This document shows, in pieces, positions 56,913 to 64,000 of a stretch of DNA of 64,000 nucleotides. Position 1 is the first letter of the stretch; each line of letters begins with the position of its first letter. The stretch is from the human T2T-CHM13v2.0 reference genome, Homo sapiens. The stretch lies in the NCBI RefSeq assembly GCF_009914755.1, contig NC_060928.1. One strand, written 5' to 3'. Made by a program: the position numbers and the translations under genes. The notes under the pieces were generated by a model. The model saw only the letters and a list, made by a program, of their open reading frames with translations, did no database searches and was not told where the DNA came from.

Positions 56913-58303
56913 TATATTCTTTGACCCTCCCTCCCCCAATCCAATTTTATGAAAATACTTGGTAAAACACATGTAGTGATATGCATTATGAAAGTTCGTT
57001 GCAGCCCTGTAACAGTAGAAACCCCGAGGCCATTAAAAGACCTAAAATTGGTATTAGGGATGATTATTTAGCTATTAAAACAAAGAAAGTGGATCTGTAT
57101 ATGCTAATAAAGTAATGATGGGTGCCTGCAATACATGATCGAGTGAAAAAAAATTCTATAACAATATAAATATAATTTTATTGTACTGAAGGTGGTTACT
57201 CATAGGGAGTGGGAAACTTTTTATGCATTTCTGTATATTTTACTTTCTATAATTAAAGAAGATGGGGTGGGGGAAGAGATTGATTGAGCCAACACAAGTC
57301 TTCCCTGAGGCCCTACCTCAGGGAAGCTGACTCCCACAGTCAAGTACGTATCTTTATTATAGTACCTTACTTATTTGCACGTTGATTTCAGTGAATGACT
57401 TACTTCCATCAGTCATTTCCATGTTGATTTCCCTAGTACTCACAGGTAGCAGACTTGATGTTTGTCAGGGAAATAATTTAAAGAGCCAATCCAACTACAG
57501 TAGACATTACAGTTGCCCTCCTGGCACCTTTCCCAAGAGCCCAGACTGTGGTCTGGAATACCATGTGGATCCAGGAACACAGCACCTGACTTAAGTCAAC
57601 TAGTAAGCTACATTCCTCTGGTCACAGTAATTCATTTAGGGTGGACACATGTACTTATGCTAAATCAGAATAAGTCTCAGGTTTTTGGCCAGGAATGGTA
57701 AGCCAAAGCTAAAAGTAGAGGCTATGAATGAGAAAGCAATGACCCTTATTCAGGGGATGAGGAAGAAGACATAAAATGGAGTTTCTACTAGATGTGTCTT
57801 TGGAGCTATCTGCATCCTCTTGGATTATGCTTTACCTGAATTTTTCAGTTTTGTGAGCTAATAAAGTCCCTTTAAGCAAATGCCTATAGAGTTTTTTGTT
57901 ATAAGTATTTACAACAAAAATCACCCTGACTGTTTACTCCACCTGACTTGCATGGACATTTTAACATTGTGGAAAAAAATTGAGGACTGGCTTAAATTTG
58001 GTCACATACTCTATAGTTCCTAGTACTTAGAAAAAAATATTGTGGGAAACAGAAGAAAATACACAATCATGTTTGTAATACAAATTAGAAATAATTCCTC
58101 ACTGTCACAGTTCTTCTCATTTCCATTTCCTTAAGCCAGTATGGTCCAGCCTCTCTGGGGAATTCCTGAGGCTTTCCATCAAGGAATCCACAAGGGCCAA
58201 ACTAACATTATTTGTCTTACAGACTCATGAGTGCTCAATGGAATTTTCCAGAGGCTAAGATGTACCCATAATTATCTGAAAAGGCTACTAAAACCCAACC
58301 ATT

Positions 58304-58632
58304 GGCCGAGCGCAGTGGCTTTCAGTGGCTCATGCATGTAACCTCAGCACTTTGGGAGGCCAAGGCGGGCGGATCACGAGGTCAGGAGATCGAGACCATC
58401 CTGGCCAATATGGTGAAACCCCATCTCTACTAAAAATACAAAAATTAGCTGGGCGTGGTGGTGTGTGCCTGTAATCCCAGCTACTCAGGAAGCTGAGGCA
58501 GGAGGATAGCTTGAACCAGGGAGTCAGAGGTTGCAGTGAGCCGAGATCACGCCACTGTACTCCAACCTGGCAAACAGAGTGAGACTCCATCTCAAACAAA
58601 ACAAAACAAAATAAAACAAAACAAAAAACAAA
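58304..58632 (+). mobile_element. AluS with (CAAAA)n tail and TSD AAAACCCAACC, apparently inside a hAT-Charlie relic
   Basis: Full Alu with a small internal CAGTGGCT duplication near the 5' end. Confidence 0.9.
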
Positions 58633-59558
58633 AACCCAACCGTCTATCTGTAATGTTGGATTTTCTTCATTTACTTTAATCAAAACAATAAACAGCAACA
58701 GGACTGAATGTGAAAACAGATACGAGAAATAGCTGTTTTTTATTAAGCCAGACTTAAAGGGATTTGCAAAAATGCAAAACAATGTCACTTTTATCACTTA
58801 ATTGGGTTTTTTGGAAAATCTAGCCATTTTTCATGAAAAAAGAGTTGTTAACTTATAGTGAGTTAATTATATTGAATTAATAGTGACTTAATATTTACTT
58901 TTCTCAATTTTAATTTCTTATTTGGCAAATGTCAACAGGTATAAGCCATATAACAAAATCTCTTTGGGGTCTTCGGTAATTTTTCAGTAATTTTTGGTCC
59001 TTGAGACCAAAACGTTTAAGAGCTCCTGCCTTTATCCTTTCTGATATTGAGGATCTCCCTTAAAATCTGTAGTCCACAGTGAAGAATGTTGCACAGAGAG
59101 ACTGAGATGAGGTTATACAAGCTGAGAGCAGTATCTGTGCAGCCACTGGGGAAAAGCCTGAGCAAGAGACAAGAGCAAATGGTGTAAAGTGGGCCCTTAT
59201 CCTCAGACTAGCCTTTTGGAAGTAAGCTGCAATAGCATCTGGGGACAGGCAGGGGTATGGAGAAACATTTCTGGGATAGAGCAAGAGTTTGCTCCAAAAC
59301 AACTTTCGTTTTGCATTATTATTTGGGGGTAATCAGATTTAAACAATTACCCTACATAATGTTGATTGACATTTCATGAGGAAAAGTGTATGTTAAAAAT
59401 AAAATAGTAAAGAATTCTCCCTAATCTATTTTAAAAAGTGAGAGGCAAGTTAATAGAGCCTGTATGTTACTATGCATCAGCTATTGATTTTTAGAAAGGT
59501 AAAACCACATGCAAGGCAAAAACAAAAACAATGTGAACAACCATTCTAAAGAGCTCAC

Positions 59559-59643
59559 CTATTCCACTTGGCTTTCCCCCACACAGACTTTCTGGTGGTG
59601 CCAGAATTTCACCATTTTTCTCTTCCTCTGAAGGCACATAAGC
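59559..59643 (-). CDS. BOD1L1: BOD1L1 exon 12
   Basis: TTTTTAG|GCT...ATAG|GTGAGC; 85 nt; AYVPSEEEKNGEILAPPESLCGGKPSGI; phase 0 to 1. Confidence 0.88.
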
Positions 59644-59869
59644 CTAAAAAATCCAAAGCACCATAAAAATAAGTTAACCAGGGTTTTTACAAGAAGACTA
59701 ACCTCAAGTGAATTAAACAAAAAAAAACCCAGCATCCTGAAACAATATAAAAGCCTATTTTCAAGAGTACACAAAACTTAAAAATAAATACATCAACCTT
59801 TAAAAACAAAGCCAAGTAAAAAATCAATTTAATCTCGTATTTCATCCATCAATGGGTATTCTATTGCTT

Positions 59870-60640
59870 TAAAGGTAAAAACCCCAACTCAGCACACCAC
59901 ACAAGACTCTTCCTGATGGGCTCCCACTCCCTTCCAGGCTTAAGTCTCATCACAGCTCACCGTGAACCACTGCAGCGCCTGAGACACACCACGTGCCCTC
60001 CTGTCTCTGAGTCTAGAACACAACATTCTCTTTGCTTGGAAGGCTCTTTTCTTTCTTTTCTGGGAAATTTCCACTCTACTTTCAAAATTCTATTCCAGTG
60101 TCCTCCTTGCAAGCCCTCCTGTCTACCTGCCTATTGCTACTATTGGGCAAGTTGTGTTTCCTCTGTAGTGTTCATAACCCCCATGTTCACTGCTGTTTTG
60201 TCACATATACTTGGATGGTGCCTTCAGATCAGGCTAGAAAGAGGATATGGAGACTAAATTGTGTAAAGCACCAAAGCCATGCTTAAAAAAAAAAAAAGCA
60301 GATTTTATTCTAAGCATGATGGGAAGCCACCACAAATTTTAAGCAGAGCAATGACAGGGCCTAAGTTATGTTTCTAATGACTACCTGCAGGACTGTGTGA
60401 ATCACACTGGAGGAGGGCTGGAGTGAACTAAGCCTAATGGAGAGGCTACTGAAGTAGTGGCTTAGCCTAGGGTGATGACTGTAGAAACAGAAATAGATGG
60501 ACTCATGTTATATTTTGGAAATGGAACCTGTAAGAAATGGCGATAGATTAAATGTGGGATGACGGAGAAACTGAGGGTGACTCTTGTGTTTCTGGCTTGA
60601 GTAAATGAACTGATGATAGCACTATTTACTAAGATTACTG
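59870..60640. mobile_element. L2 fragments (both orientations)
   Basis: Degenerate L2 motifs (gattttattctaag...gggaagcca, tttctggcttgag). Confidence 0.5.
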
Positions 60641-60803
60641 AGGTTCTTAGCTTTCCCCCCACAGGATATGGCAATAACAACACTAAATATCATAAGTACA
60701 ATGAGAACAGGACCTATATACCACATAAGTATATATATGTGTATATGTGATGAAACAGTATTTAATCACTTACAGTTCAGCACAGCTGAATTATAAGCCA
60801 TAC

Positions 60804-60868
60804 CTCCATTTTCAAGTTGGCTTTCAGTTTCAATCCTCCCAAAACATTCAATGGAGACTCTTCATTGC
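60804..60868 (-). CDS. BOD1L1: BOD1L1 exon 11
   Basis: AG|GC...GAG|GTATGG; 65 nt; (G)NEESPLNVLGGLKLKANLKME; phase 1 to 0. Confidence 0.88.
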
Positions 60869-62645
60869 CTAATAAAATTCAAGCCATTTAGTACAGTTTA
60901 AGAATTTGCTTGCAAAATACATCTGGGGTCAAAAAGTAATGGAATGTGGTTATCTGACATGCTGTTGCACCTTCCTTTTCTGGTTTATTTTGCTGTCAGT
61001 AGAAAATGATCAAAAGGAATATGTTGTATAAAAGAATCTGGATGAAAGGCAGGGATTATTTGCTCATTTTGGGTGAGTGAAATTCTTATTTGCACAGTAA
61101 GATAACTGCCCAGAAAGAATGACAAAAGTATTATCTGTGGAGACATCTTCATTTCCAAGTATTTTTCTGCAGTGATCTCCATCAAGTTTGTCCTTAAAAA
61201 TATTCTGAGTCACTAAGGTCTATTCTCAGTAAAGGTGATTTATTAACAGATTCACTTTACTTGCTTCACACTGAACACAGAAAAATTGAACACAAAGTTA
61301 AACTGTGAGGTAGACAAAAAGAAAAAATTTTCTCAGGTGCAGAGATTCAGTTCTACTCTGGTCTTGCCTCTTATATCCTTCTTTAGATTGTGTAGAAGCT
61401 TCTGTGGAAACCCTTCTATTTTCACTTCTTCAGGAAAAAAGGAGGAATGAGTAATTGTAGCAATGATTGAGTCATAAAAACTTCTGGAGCATTCAATTTA
61501 CTCCAGGCTAAATTCAACAGAAACTTGTAAAGTTACTTGTTTCAACCCTTGGAGCATTTCTTAAAGTCTCCTAAGTCTCTATAATGAACAAGACTAAATC
61601 TATTAGCCTCAGCTTCCTGAGACTGGGTTAGATGATGGCTAAGGTCTATTTCAGTTAAAAGTCCAGGATGCTACAATTTATATAGCCAGAGTGGAAAAGA
61701 ATTCCTCTGTCCCTTCAAGTCCAGCCCATGAGGACCCTTTTGTTCCTACAGCATCCTGTGCTTAATCCCAGTCTATGCAATTGTCATGCTTTAAAGTGTC
61801 ACTGTCCACTTTTCTCCAATCTGGACTGGTATAAAGTATCTGAAGTTGGACGGTATAAGGCATGACTGAGATAATATCTTTGAAAGTTATTAACTATTTC
61901 TAAAAGACCAGCACTGTCCAAAATCTGTCAGCAGGGAAAAATGTTTCTTTTCACTTTCAAATATATTCTAAACTAGAAACTCATTTCACCTGAAAAATAA
62001 GCTCAGTTAAAAATAACATGCTCCTTTGATTCAAAGGAACTAACAGACTGAACAAACAAATACTGCAAACCTATGATCAGATGAGGGTTGGAATCGTGTT
62101 TGCCTTTGTATTATCATCCCGTCTTATTATCCCCATTTTATACAACAAGAAATGGAGGCTCAGAAACTGATTTTTCCTCTAAAAGTCACCCGAGGACCAT
62201 GAATGCTATTTAAATTTTCTGACCCTATTTCCTCATTTGTAAAATGAGGGTGGTAAAAAAAAAATGTATTGCTTTCATTGGGTTGTGGTAGGGTATTCTT
62301 CTTTTTGATTGACAAAAAACCTGTAGGTCAAAAAGGTTTAGTAAGTTGCAGCAGTCATGTAAATAACATGTGGACTTCCCATGCCTCAGCCTCCTGCTTT
62401 TTCTCTCCCCACACATGAGAAATGGGCCAAAGGCTTTAAACTTTTAAACACAAGTAGCTTTTAGAGAAGTTTGACCTTCAAGTTTGATGAGAGTTATTTT
62501 GCAACATTATGATATGAGAAAAAAATTTATAGATATTTTATCTTTCTGGAACCAAAACCATCTTTTGGAAGACTGTCCTAAATGCACTCTGTTGTACAAT
62601 CATCCTTGTAAATATTAAAATTTGCAATTAGGTACAGATTCTCAC

Positions 62646-64000
62646 CTATGTCACACACATTTTCTTCAGAAGACACAGTAACCATTATGTCTCCTTCCTC
62701 AGGGAATGATTTCCTTGTGCTGTTATCATCTCCTGTTTTCTCAGCAGATGCTTGATCAGTCCATTTGCCACTATAATCATTCTTTATAGTCAAGTCCTGC
62801 TCACATTTAGGAGCCAACAGAGCTACACTGTAAGTAGCTGGAGGGATCATTGTGTGGGAAGGAGCAATTTTTGATTCTTGGCCAGTAATACATTTGGTGG
62901 TACTGGTTTTCAAGTTGTCTTCAGACCCCTGCTGCTCAGCAGGAAGAAAGGAATGCTCAGCCACGGTCCCTTGAACAGGTGGCATGTCATCAGCTTTTAT
63001 AGCACCGGTGTTTACTGCTGCCAAATAGCGAATGCTGACAGAGGGATCCTTAGCCGTCTGCCCAGACGTCTGTTCTGGTCCTCTCAGGTGGGCAGGTGAG
63101 TTAGCATTCCCCTCTAAGCCCCTTCCTGCTGAATAACTTGCTGTGCTACTGCCCCCTGCTGTCCCTGTCTCTGGGCTCTTATCTTCTTTCTGAAGGGAGT
63201 TCAACAATACATTCTTCTCTTCTGCATTTATGAGGTGTAAAGTGCTCTCTTTCTGTCCTCTTCCTGCAAATGGTCCTATTTCGGGGCACTCCTTGCCATG
63301 CTTCTCTTCTTTTTCCGCACAAACAGCACTTGGATGGCCTTGCCCTGCAGAGGGCTTGTGGACTGATGGCCCGTTGTGCCCCTCCTCGGTGCTCACTGCC
63401 AACACGGGACCCAGTTCTTTGCCTCCCCTGACTGGCCCAGGACACCGACAGTTATTCTCAGCAATTAGGCTGGGCATGGGGACCTTGTGCTTGCTCACTT
63501 CTGTGGCTGACAGGTCACCGTTCCCTTCTGGGTTGTCTGCAGTCAGCTGATTCTCTTCATGTCTGTCAATGCTGGCGGAAATTGGCATACATTCTGCTGT
63601 GCTGGTGGAGATGATGGCAGCATCGCTCAAGTCTTCTACTCTTGTGATGGTGAGCCGATCTTCATCCTGGAGGACAGCACCAATCATGACTGCTTCACAC
63701 CCTTCAGAGGTGCTTGTGGAAATCATGGCGGTGTCACCCATCTCTTCCGCTGGTGTGACTGAGGGGTCGCCTTCCTCTTGAGGGACAGCACTGGACACTG
63801 GGCCCTCACAGTCTTCCACCGAGCTCGTAGAGATGATGCCACTCCCGTCTTTTTCTTCCATGACTGTGCCAGCTCGCTCATTTTCACTTTCAACAACTAC
63901 ACCGGAAACAGAAGCCTCACATTCTTCTGCTATGCTAGTGGAAATGAGAGCACATTCATCCTTCTCCTCCTTGCTGGTTGAGGCAAGAGGACTTTCAGCT
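62646..64000 (-). CDS. BOD1L1: BOD1L1 giant exon (exon 10), 3' part; runs off the window
   Basis: Frame open from the window edge (AESPLASTSKEEKDECALISTS...) to ...SEENVCDI-G. Donor ATAG|GTGAGA at 62646. Acidic, Ser/Thr-rich low-complexity sequence recognised as BOD1L1. Confidence 0.93.

Noticed and set aside
62578-62645. C-terminal ENLYLIANFNIYKDDCTTECI of the 427-aa ORF as an alternative BOD1L1 end
   Set aside because: Intronic read-through beyond a strong donor, with no convincing nearby poly(A) signal.

Overview
Human genomic DNA, recognised from the encoded proteins as the chr4p15 NKX3-2 (BAPX1)/BOD1L1 locus. The left ~13 kb is a CpG-island cluster. It holds the complete two-exon minus-strand homeobox gene NKX3-2 (466+536 nt CDS = 333 aa, GT-AG intron 6221-7640), its promoter, a probable minus-strand lncRNA (likely LINC01096) and a strong CTCF motif at the island edge. 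From 13 to 32 kb is an intergenic stretch packed with nested L1/L2/MaLR/Alu/DNA-transposon relics. From 32.4 to 64 kb is the 3' half of BOD1L1 on the minus strand: the end of the giant exon plus 16 small exons, which I joined by hand into one open frame ending ...EEAPVKKAKR*. I see no new prokaryote-style system. The most notable unexplained signals are inside BOD1L1: strict 1,0,1,0 intron-phase alternation over 15 introns with basic/AT-hook motifs every fourth exon, an exact 37-aa spacing of ISTS motifs in the giant exon, and a 141-nt in-frame candidate cassette exon in the last intron. Most ORF-track entries are GC-rich shadow ORFs or repeat-derived. Repeat subfamily names, exon numbers and the LINC symbol are from memory, and repeat boundaries are approximate.
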